NCBI GenBank assembly: GCA_947626315.1
Contig: CANQRQ010000012.1
Location: 3,458-67,457 of the forward strand
Length of the DNA: 64,000 nucleotides
Direction of reading: 5' to 3'
Origin: an uncultured Oscillospiraceae bacterium
GTDB lineage: Bacteria > Bacillota > Clostridia > Oscillospirales > Oscillospiraceae
A program made the translations under genes and the position numbers. The notes below the pieces were generated by a model. The model made no database searches and was not told where the DNA came from. It saw nothing but the letters and a program-made list of their open reading frames with translations. This document shows, piece by piece, positions 20,135 to 29,321 of this stretch (the stretch's first letter is position 1; each line of letters begins with the position of its first letter).

Positions 20135-20887
20135 TTTGTTCCCCGGCCTGTACTAAGCCGGACCGGACGGGCATATGCTTTGCTGTGCCCGCAAACGAAC
20201 GAGAGAAAACAAGTTCCTGCTGTGTGCGTGTTGCCTTTTTGAGACATTTGCGGCCCATTAAACCCACATCTCTTATAAGGGATGCCGATTTGAGTCTGCG
20301 GATTGCAGGCCTCCCGGCCTTACCGCCGGAAGTTGGAAGCAGTGAAACAGAACTTAGGCGACCCACCTGCCTTCATGTGCAGGTTATAATTGGGCCGGCA
20401 CGGCATTTGCGGGATTGCACCCCCGGAGGAAACTCCGGGGGTGTTTTTTGCTGCAGTCTCTTAATCTGAAAAAAGGATGTTCTGGAAGGTAAACGAAAGT
20501 TTAGTTGAGCAAGAAAGCGCCAGTCCTCATGCCTCCCCTGTGTAAGGGGAGGCATGAGGGTGCGCAGGTAATCAAATACCCGGCGAGCCTTGTCGGTATG
20601 TGCGAGCAACCGCAGAAACGATTTCTGCCAGTGTCTGCACCGGGGCAAACCGGCAGGAAAGATGAAGGGCGACCTAAGAACGGGTCTGTGGTACCCTGCT
20701 CCTAGAGGGGTCCCGGGGATACTTCCCCGGGCGTCTTTCTCTTCGGTTCACTTCTCTTGCGACGAGGCAAGAGAAGTGAACAATAACCCCAAGAGACAAA
20801 ACCCGGTTTCCGCTGGTGACCGAAGGAGACGAGCTGAGAAAGGTAGCTTTCCTCATATAAACTTTCATTGTTTTTGGAAAATGTTTT
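20135..20887. other. Gene-free, lower-GC, hairpin-rich region; candidate ncRNA(s), family not recognised
   Basis: No ORF here has an RBS or plausible composition. Perfect stems lie at 20525-20559 (14 bp), 20712-20731 (8 bp) and 20746-20781 (15 bp). An internal intrinsic terminator lies at 20418-20449. Confidence 0.4.
20418..20449 (+). terminator. Canonical intrinsic terminator inside the gene-free region
   Basis: cacccccggag-GAAA-ctccgggggtg forms an 11-bp stem with a GNRA loop, followed by TTTTTT. It lies 284 nt after the DUF1292 stop. Confidence 0.8.
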
Positions 20888-20923
20888 GAACACAAACACA
20901 CAAGGGGCTGCAGTTGCAGCCCC
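20888..20923 (-). terminator. Intrinsic terminator of the alpha/beta hydrolase gene
   Basis: ggggctgca-gt-tgcagcccc hairpin, followed on the minus strand by TTGTGTGTTTGTGTT. Confidence 0.7.
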
Positions 20924-20960
20924 AAAAGTTCTTATTTATAAGGAGAATGGATAGAATAAT

Positions 20961-21893
20961 TCAGAACAAATCCCGGAGGAAGGCCTCAACGGCAGCGCGG
21001 TAGCGGGGCTCATCCACCATATAGCTGAGGCCGTGGCCCGCGCCGGGGAAGGTCTCCAGCCGGATCTCCCGGCCGGCGGCCAGGGCCGCCTGTGCCAGCT
21101 GCCGGCTCATATCACAGGGCACAAAAAGGTCGTCCTCCCCGTGGATCAGCAGGATCGGGACCCGGGCATGCCGCACGGCCTCCAGCGCCGAGGCGTCCGT
21201 CAGCCGGTAGCCGCCGAAAAGCCGGGTCCCCAGAGAGAGCAGACCGCAGAGCAGCCCCGCAGGGAGCTTTCTGCTCCGCAGCACCTGGCGCACAATGGCC
21301 TCCGGCTCGGTATAGGGGCAGTCGGCCAGAATGCCTTTGACATTCTCCGGCAGCTCCAGCTCCGCCGCCATCAACACCGTAGCCGCCCCCATGGAGACGC
21401 CGGCCAGGGTGATGGGGGTCTCCGGGAAGCGCTCCGCCGCGTACCGGGCCCAGAACAGGCAGTCCTGCCGCTCCTTGACGCCCATGGTGATGACCCGGCC
21501 CTGGCTCCGGCCGTGGGCCCGCTGATCCACCACCAGGGTGTTCAGCCCCGCCTCCCGGGCCAGCTTGTTGCCGCCGCAGAAATCCCGCAGGGCGGTGCCC
21601 CGGTAGCCGTGGAACTGGATCTGGAGCGGGGCCCCGTCCCGCACATGGTAATACCGGCCGAAGAGCTGCAGCCCGTCATAGGAGCGGATGAAGACCTCCT
21701 CATAGGGAAGCGCGTCGAACTCCCGGATCAGGGAGAGAGTCTTCTCCTTGTTCTGCTGGTATTGGCTGCCGGAGGGGATGCGGTAGGGGTCCAGCCGCAG
21801 GCGGGGGCCGTTATAGAAGGCCAGGCGGAAAGCGCCGGCGGCCAGAAGAAGGACAAGGAGCAAAAGAGCAAGCAGAACAAGGAGCAGGGTCAT
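20961..21893 (-). CDS. Membrane-anchored alpha/beta-fold hydrolase
   Basis: N-terminal TM helix (TLLLVLLALLLLVLLLAAG), nucleophile elbow GVSMGAA, and a late GAGHG/His region. The ATG at 21893 has a GGGAGG RBS; the track GTG start is at 21905. Confidence 0.75.
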   Translation of the reverse strand: MTLLLVLLALLLLVLLLAAGAFRLAFYNGPRLRLDPYRIPSGSQYQQNKEKTLSLIREFDALPYEEVFIRSYDGLQLFGRYYHVRDGAPLQIQFHGYRGTALRDFCGGNKLAREAGLNTLVVDQRAHGRSQGRVITMGVKERQDCLFWARYAAERFPETPITLAGVSMGAATVLMAAELELPENVKGILADCPYTEPEAIVRQVLRSRKLPAGLLCGLLSLGTRLFGGYRLTDASALEAVRHARVPILLIHGEDDLFVPCDMSRQLAQAALAAGREIRLETFPGAGHGLSYMVDEPRYRAAVEAFLRDLF

Positions 21894-22081
21894 GACGCCT
21901 CCCACCTTTCCTTCCGCCGCGCCCTTGACGGAACGGCGGAAAAACGCTATACTAAAATTAATTCAGGAACTTTAACTGATACAGATAAGGATTTATAAGA
22001 AAAGTATAGAACTTTTTCGGACCGCCGTCAAGGCAGAGGAGCACGCGGATGAAAGCGGCAGAGGGACACGGACAGGAGAAT

Positions 22082-23638
22082 ATGGGCCTGAATCTGCTGA
22101 AGAAGGGCCGCCGGGGTCTGTCCCGCATGCTGTTCAGCCGGGCGGGCCTGCTGGCGGTGCTGATTTTGATCCAGGTGGGGCTGGTGGCAGTGGTGCTGCA
22201 CTACTACCGGGAATTTTTCCCGCATTATTACGCGGCGTCCCTGCTCTTCAGCGCGGGCATGGCCCTGTATCTGATCAACAGCCACATTGACCCTACCTCT
22301 AAGATCACCTGGCTGGCGGCCATCGTGGTCTCCCCGCTGTTCGGGGCCCTGCTGCTGCTCTACACCCGCAGCGACGTGGGCCACCGGGTCATGCGGAACC
22401 GGTTCATGGAGCGCACCCAGGACACCATAAACAGACTGCCCCAGGACGCGGAGACCCTGCGCCGCTTTGAGGAACAGGCGCCGGAGGCGGCGGGCCTGGC
22501 CCGCTACCTGCGCCGCACCGGCTGCCACCCGGTCTGCGCCCAGACGGAGGTCAAGTATTTACCCCTGGGGGAGGACTATTTTGAGGAGCTGCTGGTCCAG
22601 CTGGAGAAGGCGGAGAAGTTTGTCTTCCTGGAGTATTTCATCGTGGACGAGGGGCTCATGTGGGGCCGCGTCCTGGAGATCCTGGCCCGGAAGGCCGCCC
22701 AGGGGGTGGAGGTGCGCCTGCTGTACGACGGCACCTGCGAGTTCTCCTGCCTGCCCCACAACTACCCCCGGCGCCTGGCGGAGCTGGGCATCCAATGCCG
22801 GACCTTCGCGCCCATCACGCCCTTTGTCTCCACCCTGTACAACTACCGGGACCACCGGAAGATCCTGGTGATCGACGGGAAGGTGGCCTTCACCGGCGGG
22901 ATCAACCTGGCGGACGAGTACATCAACCGGACCCAGCGCTTTGGCCACTGGAAGGACAACGGCGTGATGCTCCGGGGGGAGGGCGTGCGCAGCTTCACCA
23001 TGATGTTTTTGAAGATGTGGTGCCTGAGCGACAAGGAGCCGGACTATGACGGCTATCTGGAGCAGTCCACTGACCCGCAGCCAGAGGCGGCGGGCTACGT
23101 GCTGCCCTATGGGGACTGCCCCCTGGACGACGAGCGGGTGGGCGAGTGGGTCTACCTGGATATGTTCAACCGAGCCAAGGACTATATTTATATGATGACG
23201 CCCTATCTGATCCTGGACGGAGAGATGGAGACGGCCATCAAGTTCGCGGCGGAGCGAGGCGTGGATGTGCGCCTCATTCTGCCGGGGGTGCCGGACAAGA
23301 AGCTGCCCTGGGCCCTGGCCAAGAGCCACTATAAGTCCCTGCTGCAGTCAGGCGTGAAGATTTATGAGTACAGCCCCGGCTTCGTCCACGCCAAGACCTG
23401 CCTGGCCGACGGCAGGGAGGCGGTAGTGGGCACCATCAACCTGGATTACCGGAGCCTGTACCACCATTTTGAGTGCGCCGTCTATTTGAACGGCGTGCCC
23501 TGCCTGGCGGAGATCCGGACGGATTTTGACGGCATGTTCGCCGCCTCCCGGGAGGTGACGCCCGAGAGCGTGAAAAAAGAAAAGCTCTCTGTCAAACTGG
23601 CGGGGATGCTGATGAAAGTGATCGCCCCGCTTCTGTAA
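22082..23638 (+). CDS. cls: Cardiolipin synthase
   Basis: Two N-terminal TM helices and two PLD HKD motifs (HRKILVIDGKVAFTGGINL and HAKTCLADGREAVVGTINLD). The ATG at 22082 follows a CAGGAGA RBS. Confidence 0.9.
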   Translation: MGLNLLKKGRRGLSRMLFSRAGLLAVLILIQVGLVAVVLHYYREFFPHYYAASLLFSAGMALYLINSHIDPTSKITWLAAIVVSPLFGALLLLYTRSDVGHRVMRNRFMERTQDTINRLPQDAETLRRFEEQAPEAAGLARYLRRTGCHPVCAQTEVKYLPLGEDYFEELLVQLEKAEKFVFLEYFIVDEGLMWGRVLEILARKAAQGVEVRLLYDGTCEFSCLPHNYPRRLAELGIQCRTFAPITPFVSTLYNYRDHRKILVIDGKVAFTGGINLADEYINRTQRFGHWKDNGVMLRGEGVRSFTMMFLKMWCLSDKEPDYDGYLEQSTDPQPEAAGYVLPYGDCPLDDERVGEWVYLDMFNRAKDYIYMMTPYLILDGEMETAIKFAAERGVDVRLILPGVPDKKLPWALAKSHYKSLLQSGVKIYEYSPGFVHAKTCLADGREAVVGTINLDYRSLYHHFECAVYLNGVPCLAEIRTDFDGMFAASREVTPESVKKEKLSVKLAGMLMKVIAPLL

Positions 23639-23647
23639 AGGAGATAC

Positions 23648-24067
23648 ATGAAGGAACTTTTATACCGCATAATGGATCTGGTGGCCCGGTTTCACAGCGA
23701 GATCCTGAGCCTGAACGACGCCTACGAGACGCATTTCAGCGACAAGCAGCTCCACTTTCTGGTGGTGGGGCTGGCGGGGATGCTGCTGCTTTTTCTGATC
23801 CACCCGCTTTTCCTCTGGCTCACCAAGCGGCGGCATGTGCTGGTGATCAGCTGGCTGTACGTCTTTACGCTGATCGTGGGCTTCAGCCTCGCCGTGGAGA
23901 TCGGGCAGCACATCAGCCACAGCGGGAGCATGGAGTTTGCGGACATCATGTTCGGCCTGGTGGGCTTTCTGGCCATGTTCGCCCTGTTCGCTCTGCTCCG
24001 GGGCCTTGTCCGCCTGATTGCCGCCGCCCTGAGAAAGGAGAAGGCGGAAAAAACCGGGGAGGACTGA
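23648..24067 (+). CDS. Small membrane protein, possibly VanZ-like
   Basis: 139 aa with 3 TM helices. DKQLHFLVVG and EIGQH...FADIMFGLVGF resemble VanZ-family motifs. AAGGAGA RBS. Confidence 0.45.
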   Translation: MKELLYRIMDLVARFHSEILSLNDAYETHFSDKQLHFLVVGLAGMLLLFLIHPLFLWLTKRRHVLVISWLYVFTLIVGFSLAVEIGQHISHSGSMEFADIMFGLVGFLAMFALFALLRGLVRLIAAALRKEKAEKTGED

Positions 24068-24157
24068 AGCTCCCGTGCGAAATATCCAGAAATTCCGGCC
24101 AAAATTTTCAATCCTTTTGGCATGTCTACAAATCTGACCATTTAACGCGGCAAAGTG

Positions 24158-24186
24158 TTGACAGACGCCGGGACCGGTGGTAAGAT
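24158..24186 (+). promoter_or_regulatory. Sigma-A-type promoter of the lysine-riboswitch/ABC transporter operon
   Basis: TTGACA (24158-24163), a 17-nt spacer, then TAAGAT (24181-24186). Confidence 0.65.
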
Positions 24187-24199
24187 GCAGTCAAAATTG

Positions 24200-24380
24200 A
24201 ATCGCTGAGATAGAGGCGCGGTTTTCATCAGTACCCAGCGGCAAGGCCAGGCAGCCGCCGCAGGGGAAAGGGAACGCCGCCGAAGCGCCGAAAGGGGCCT
24301 GCCGTTTCGGGGCTGGGCCGTCGGAGAACATCCGCCGGACTGTCACAAGTTTTTGTGGAGCGCTGTCAATAGCTGTTAGG
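24200..24380 (+). promoter_or_regulatory. Lysine riboswitch (L-box) aptamer
   Basis: Conserved L-box blocks appear in the order seen in the B. subtilis lysC leader: GAGATAGAGGCGCG...CAGTACCC...GGGGAAAGGGAACGCCGCCGAAGCGCC...GGCTGGGCCGTCGGAG...GGACTGTCACAAG. Boundaries are approximate. Confidence 0.8.
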
Positions 24381-24411
24381 ATAGCCCGCCTGGGCATATC
24401 TGATTGGTACG

Positions 24412-24439
24412 GACCGCTTGACAAAGCGGTTCGATTTTT
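24412..24439 (+). terminator. Expression-platform terminator of the lysine riboswitch
   Basis: gaccgctt-gaca-aagcggttc followed by GATTTTTAT. It lies 68 nt upstream of the SBP start codon. Confidence 0.7.
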
Positions 24440-24506
24440 ATACATCCCCAGTCCGGCGGGGAGGAAAGCCGGGCAGCCTCTGAAGAGAGGAAGAGAAGGA
24501 GAAAAG

Positions 24507-25436
24507 ATGAGAAGAACACTTGCTATGCTGCTGGCCCTGGCCATGATGCTGTGCCTGGCCGCCTGCGGCGGCTCCGCGCCTGCCGCCGCCACCGAGGCCC
24601 CCGCCGCCGAAGAGCCCGCGGCGGAAGCCCCTGCCGCGGAAGAGCCCGCTGCCGACGAGGCCTCCGACGTGATCCCCGGCCTGGAGGACGGCGTGCTGAC
24701 CATCGCCATGGAGTGCGCCTACGCCCCCTACAACTGGACCCAGTCCGACGATTCCAACGGCGCGGTGCCCATCTCCGGCACCAATGAGTACGCCAACGGC
24801 TATGACGTGATGATCGCCAAGAAAATCTGCGAGGCCAACGGCTGGGAGCTGGAGGTCATCCGCACCGACTGGGATTCCCTGGTGCCCGGCGTCCAGACCG
24901 GCCTGTATGACGCAGTCATTGCCGGCCAGTCCATGACCGAGGAGCGCTCCGAGATGGTGGACTTTGCCGGCCCCTACTTCTATGCCTCCATTGTCTGCGT
25001 CACCACCAAGGACAGCCCCTTTGCCTCCGCCCAGGGCCTGGCTGATCTGAATGGCGGTTCCTGCACCGCCCAGATCGCCACCATCTGGTATGACTCCATG
25101 CTGCCCCAGATCGAGGGCGCCGATATCCAGACCGCCGCCGAGACCGCCCCTGCCATGCTCATGGCCCTGGAGACCGGCACGGTGGACTTCATCTGCACCG
25201 ATATGCCCACCGCTCTGGGCGCCTGCGCCGCCTATGACGACATGGTCCTGCTGGACTTCTCCAACTCTGACGATAACTTCCAGGCCGACGAGGGCGACAT
25301 CAACATCGGCATCTCCCTCATGAAGGGCAACACCGCCCTGAAGGAGGCCATTGACGCCGTGCTCTCCACCATGACCGTGGACGACTTCAACAGCCTGATG
25401 GACCAGGCTATCTCCGTCCAGCCTCTGAGCGAGTAA
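24507..25436 (+). CDS. Amino-acid ABC transporter substrate-binding lipoprotein (family 3 SBP)
   Basis: Lipobox LAACGG, an Ala/Glu/Pro linker, then a polar amino-acid SBP fold (WDSLVPGVQTGLYDAVIAGQSMTEER). GAAGGAGA RBS. Confidence 0.85.
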   Translation: MRRTLAMLLALAMMLCLAACGGSAPAAATEAPAAEEPAAEAPAAEEPAADEASDVIPGLEDGVLTIAMECAYAPYNWTQSDDSNGAVPISGTNEYANGYDVMIAKKICEANGWELEVIRTDWDSLVPGVQTGLYDAVIAGQSMTEERSEMVDFAGPYFYASIVCVTTKDSPFASAQGLADLNGGSCTAQIATIWYDSMLPQIEGADIQTAAETAPAMLMALETGTVDFICTDMPTALGACAAYDDMVLLDFSNSDDNFQADEGDINIGISLMKGNTALKEAIDAVLSTMTVDDFNSLMDQAISVQPLSE

Positions 25437-25520
25437 GTATAGGCCAAAACCGACTTTCCGCCCGGAGGGGCCCCGGCCCCTCCGGGCACCATGCGATTTT
25501 AAGAGAGGAGAACTTCTCCC

Positions 25521-26396
25521 ATGAATGAGGTCCCGGAACTGTATTCCGATATCCTGTATCTGCTTGACCGCTACGGCGGCGCCTATCTCTCCGGCGTGCG
25601 CAACACCCTGATCCTGGCCCTGACGGCCACTGTGATCGGCTGCCTGATCGGCTTTCTCTGCGGCATTTTGCAGACCATCCCCTGCGCCAAGACGGACAAT
25701 CCCTTCAAGCGCTTCTTCCTGGGGCTGCTGCGGGTGGTCATCCGCGCCTATGTGGAGATCTTCCGGGGCACGCCCATGGTGCTGCAGGCGGTGTTCATCT
25801 ATTACGGCCTGCCCTATATCACCGGCGGCCAGGTGAAGTTCAGCAATGTGTGGGTGGCGGCGCTGCTGGTAGTGTCCATCAACACGGGGGCCTATATGGC
25901 CGAGTCTGTCCGGGGCGGCATCATCTCCATTGACCCGGGCCAGACCGAGGGCGCCAAGGCCATCGGCATGAACCATGTGCAGACCATGCTCAGCGTGATC
26001 CTGCCCCAGGCCTTCCGGAACATCATTCCCCAGATCGGCAACAACTTCATCATCAACATCAAGGACACCTCCGTGATGTTCATCATCAGCTTTACAGAGT
26101 TCTTCGCGGCGCACCGGGCCGCGGTGGGCGCTACCTATAAATATTTCCCCTCCGCGGTGATCGAGATGGTGGGCTATCTGTGTATGACCCTGATCGCCTC
26201 CTTCCTGCTGCGCTGGCTGGAGCGGCGGATGGACGGGGCGGACAGCTACGAGCTGGTGGCCGACGACCAGCTGGTGATGGCCGCCGGGACCTACAACCAC
26301 CCGGACAAGGGCACGCCCTTTGACGAGCGGAGCAAGGAGTACCGGGAGCAGGCCCGGCAGGAGTTGAAATACGGCAGGACAAGGGGGGAGCGCTGA
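25521..26396 (+). CDS. Amino-acid ABC transporter permease (HisMQ/GlnP family)
   Basis: EAA-type loop [23 protein letters not shown] and multiple TM helices. The C-terminal tail is unusually long and hydrophilic. Confidence 0.85.
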   Translation: MNEVPELYSDILYLLDRYGGAYLSGVRNTLILALTATVIGCLIGFLCGILQTIPCAKTDNPFKRFFLGLLRVVIRAYVEIFRGTPMVLQAVFIYYGLPYITGGQVKFSNVWVAALLVVSINTGAYMAESVRGGIISIDPGQTEGAKAIGMNHVQTMLSVILPQAFRNIIPQIGNNFIINIKDTSVMFIISFTEFFAAHRAAVGATYKYFPSAVIEMVGYLCMTLIASFLLRWLERRMDGADSYELVADDQLVMAAGTYNHPDKGTPFDERSKEYREQARQELKYGRTRGER

Positions 26397-26397
26397 G

Positions 26398-27138
26398 ATG
26401 GAAGAAGTAATCTTACAGGTCAACCACCTGTCCAAGTCCTTTGGCAGCAACCAGGTTCTGAGGGACATCGATTTCAGCGTCCGGAAGGGCGACGTGATCA
26501 GCATCATCGGCGCCTCCGGCTCCGGCAAGTCCACCCTGCTGCGCTGCATCAACCTGCTGGAGACCCCCAGCTCCGGGGAGATCCTCTACCACGGGAAAAA
26601 CGTCCTGGCTCCCGGCGTCAAAGCCCCGGAATACCGGGCCCATGTGGGCATGGTGTTCCAGAGCTTCAACCTGTTCAACAACATGACCGTGCTGGACAAC
26701 TGCATGGTGGGCCAGATCAAGGTCCTCAAGCGGGAGAAGGAGCAGGCCCGGCGGCACGCCATGGAGTATCTGGAAAAGGTGGGGATGGCCCCCTACATCA
26801 AGGCCAAGCCCCGGCAGATCTCCGGCGGCCAGAAACAGCGGGTGGCTATCGCCCGGGCCATGGCCATGGACCCGGAGATCCTGCTCTTTGACGAGCCCAC
26901 CTCCGCCCTGGACCCGGAGATGGTGGGGGAGGTCCTGAACGTCATGCAGGCCCTGGCCGACGACGGCATGACCATGCTGGTGGTGACCCACGAGATGGCC
27001 TTCGCCCGGGACGTGAGCAGCCAGGTGGTGTACATGAACCAGGGCGTGATCTGCGAGCAGGGGGAGCCGGAGGCGCTCTTTGCCCATCCCCAGAAGCAGG
27101 AGACGAAGGATTTCCTCTCCCGGTTCAGAAAAGGCTGA
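26398..27138 (+). CDS. Amino-acid ABC transporter ATP-binding protein (GlnQ-like)
   Basis: Walker [10 protein letters not shown], signature [14 protein letters not shown], Walker [13 protein letters not shown]. Confidence 0.95.
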   Translation: MEEVILQVNHLSKSFGSNQVLRDIDFSVRKGDVISIIGASGSGKSTLLRCINLLETPSSGEILYHGKNVLAPGVKAPEYRAHVGMVFQSFNLFNNMTVLDNCMVGQIKVLKREKEQARRHAMEYLEKVGMAPYIKAKPRQISGGQKQRVAIARAMAMDPEILLFDEPTSALDPEMVGEVLNVMQALADDGMTMLVVTHEMAFARDVSSQVVYMNQGVICEQGEPEALFAHPQKQETKDFLSRFRKG

Positions 27139-27162
27139 ACAAGATAAAGAGAAGCATGCGGC

Positions 27163-27199
27163 GGCGCCCTGACCGGAACACGGCCAGGGCGCCTTTCTC
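27163..27199 (+). terminator. Intrinsic terminator of the ABC transporter operon
   Basis: ggcgccctg ... cagggcgcc forms a 9-bp stem followed by TTTCTC. Confidence 0.6.
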
Positions 27200-27334
27200 A
27201 CGGAAGATTCTTAAAAGTGCGGGCAGGCGCGGCGCTTTTTCCGGGGATGGGCTTGCAAAATATTAAAAAATGTGTATGATTAAAGTATCACTATAATAGG
27301 AATACTTTGGGAAACGAGTGCCCGGAGGGGCTTT

Positions 27335-28084
27335 ATGGAACTGATACGTTCACGACAAAACGCGGCCGTCCGCCGCCTCCGCGCCCTGGCGGCGGACGCC
27401 GCCTTCCGCCGGGAACAGGGGGAATACCTCTGTGAAGGGGAGAAGGCCCTGGGGGAGGCCCTGGCCTTTGGGGCGGAGATCGGCTTTGTGCTCTGGAAGG
27501 AGCGGGCGAAGCCGGTCCCGGGCTTGGAGCGCGCGGCCCAGGCCGTGGCGGAGGCAGAGCTGTTTGACTATGCCTCCCCGATGAAGAACAGTCCCGGCCC
27601 TCTGCTGACGGTGAAGATGCCGGAGGAGGACCGGGTGTCCCCGGTGCAAAACGCCCTGATTCTGGAGAATGTGCAGGACCCGGGCAACGTGGGCACGGTG
27701 ATCCGCGGCGCCGGCGCCTTCGGCATAGGGGCCGTGATCCTCACGGGAAACTGCGCGGACCTATACCACCCCCGGACGGTGCGGGCCACCATGGGGGCCG
27801 TCTTCCGGCAGCGGGTGCTCCGCCTGAGCCTGGAGGAGCTGAGCGGCCTGCTGGAGCAGAACGGCCTGCCCCTCTACGGGGCGGCCCTGTCAGAGGCGGC
27901 GGAGGACGTGCGCCGGGTGCCCCTGAAGCGGGCGGCGGTGGCCGTGGGCAGCGAGGGCAGCGGACTGAGCCGGGAACTGCTGGCGCGCTGCCGGGGACAG
28001 CTGATTATTCCCATGCGTCCGGAGAGCGAGTCGCTGAACGCGGCGGCGGCGGCCACGGTGCTGATGTGGGAAATGGCCAGATAG
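27335..28084 (+). CDS. TrmH/SpoU family RNA 2'-O-methyltransferase
   Basis: SpoU motifs LENVQDPGNVGTVIRGAGAFG, AVAVGSEGSGLS and IPMRPESESLNAAAAATVLMWE. Confidence 0.85.
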   Translation: MELIRSRQNAAVRRLRALAADAAFRREQGEYLCEGEKALGEALAFGAEIGFVLWKERAKPVPGLERAAQAVAEAELFDYASPMKNSPGPLLTVKMPEEDRVSPVQNALILENVQDPGNVGTVIRGAGAFGIGAVILTGNCADLYHPRTVRATMGAVFRQRVLRLSLEELSGLLEQNGLPLYGAALSEAAEDVRRVPLKRAAVAVGSEGSGLSRELLARCRGQLIIPMRPESESLNAAAAATVLMWEMAR

Positions 28085-28100
28085 AGAGAAGGGGAGAACT

Positions 28101-29312
28101 GTGCCGGCACTGAAATATTGGCTATGGCTCTCCGATGCCGGGGTCAGCAGCCGGGCCAAGACCAGCCTGCTGCGCCGTTACGGCGGCGCGGAGGAGGCTT
28201 TTTACGCGCCGGAGGGGGAGTTTAAGAGCCTGGAGGGGATCAGCCCCGCCGAGGCCGCCCTGCTGGAGCGGCGGGATCTGAGCCGGACGGACCGGATCAT
28301 CGACACCTGCGCCGGCCAGGGCATCCGGATCGTCACCCTGCAGGACGCGGCCTATCCCAAGCGGCTGCGGCAGATTTTCGCCCCGCCGCCGGTGCTCTAT
28401 GTCCGGGGGCGGCTCCCCGCTGTGGACGAGATCCCGCTGATCGCCGTCATCGGCACCAGAAAGGCCAGCCCTTACGGGCTGAAAATGGCCCGGGAGATCG
28501 CCTGGCAGATCAGCCGCTGCGGCGGGCTGGTGGTCTCCGGCCTCACCCACGGGATCGACGCCGCGGCGGCCCGGGGCGCGCTGCTGGCGGGCGGGTCCTG
28601 CGTGGGGGTGCTGGGCACGCCCCACGGGGCGGAGAACAGCGGGCTCCAGGCCGACGTGGCCGCGGCCGGGGCGCTGATCAGCGAGTACGCCCCGGGGGTC
28701 CGGCCCCAGAGCCACTTTTTCCGGGAACGGAACCGGATCACCGCGGGGCTCTCGGTGGGCGTTGTGGTGGTGGAGGCGCCGGAGAAGAGCGGCGCGCTGC
28801 TCTTTGCCGCGGAGGCGGTGGAGCAGGGGAAGGAGATTTTCGCCGTCCCCGGCAACGCGGACGCGGAGAACTGCGCCGGCAGCCTGGCCCTGCTGAAGGA
28901 GGGCGCCCGGCTGGTGACCTGCGGCCGGGAGGTTATGAGCGAATTTGAAGCCCTGTACCCGGACAAAATACGTCTGACGGGGGAGCTGCCGCCGCCGGAG
29001 GAGGCGTCCGCGCCGGCCCGGGAGGACGGGCCGCCCCGCCGGGAGGAAAAAGCCGCCCCGGCGCAAAAAAGCGTTGACAAGGAAAAGGACACAGGCTATA
29101 TTGACTGGAAGGAGCAGCTTGCCGCCTTGACGGAGCCGCAGCTGAAAATTGTCACCGCCATCGGGAAGGACGCCGCTCATATCGACGATATTATAGAAGC
29201 CACCGGGCTTTCCGCCGCCGTGGTCCTGACCCAGCTGACCGTGCTGGAGATCAAGGGCTATATCCGGCGGGGCCCCGGCCGGCGTATTCTGTTGAATGTA
29301 AGCAAGAAGTGA
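28101..29312 (+). CDS. dprA: DNA-processing protein DprA (Smf)
   Basis: GTG start has an AAGGGGAGA RBS. Rossmann-like core IAVIGTRKASPYG...VVSGLTHGIDAAAARGAL...VVVEAPEKSGAL. Conserved dprA-topA synteny. Confidence 0.9.
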   Translation: MPALKYWLWLSDAGVSSRAKTSLLRRYGGAEEAFYAPEGEFKSLEGISPAEAALLERRDLSRTDRIIDTCAGQGIRIVTLQDAAYPKRLRQIFAPPPVLYVRGRLPAVDEIPLIAVIGTRKASPYGLKMAREIAWQISRCGGLVVSGLTHGIDAAAARGALLAGGSCVGVLGTPHGAENSGLQADVAAAGALISEYAPGVRPQSHFFRERNRITAGLSVGVVVVEAPEKSGALLFAAEAVEQGKEIFAVPGNADAENCAGSLALLKEGARLVTCGREVMSEFEALYPDKIRLTGELPPPEEASAPAREDGPPRREEKAAPAQKSVDKEKDTGYIDWKEQLAALTEPQLKIVTAIGKDAAHIDDIIEATGLSAAVVLTQLTVLEIKGYIRRGPGRRILLNVSKK

Positions 29313-29321
29313 GGGAGCACA

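Noticed and set aside
20326-20348. ccggaagttggaagcagtgaaac resembles the SRP RNA domain IV string GGUCCGGAAGGAAGCAGC...GUGAAAC.
   Set aside because: The 5' strand needed to form helix 8 around a GGAA loop is missing, since CGCC/GUUG do not pair. The nearly invariant GGUCCGGAAGGAAGCAGC is broken, and no Alu-domain features were seen. It needs a covariance-model scan to be fully excluded.
20135-20887. RNase P RNA, tmRNA, a T-box, a cobalamin riboswitch or a group II intron as the identity of the gene-free region.
   Set aside because: No GAGGAAAGUCC or ACAGAAxxCGGCUUA (RNase P) was seen. No GGGG...UCGAC 5' end or tRNA-like CCACCA 3' end (tmRNA) was seen. There is no downstream gene for a cis-regulator, and no GUGYG 5' end or domain V-like hairpin. 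This assessment was by eye only.
24404-24418. TTGGTACGGACCGC in the ABC transporter leader looks like the T-box motif GGUGGUACCGCG.
   Set aside because: The upstream 170 nt match the lysine riboswitch blocks far better. No stem I specifier/AGAGA features were seen. This string is simply the 5' arm region of the riboswitch terminator.
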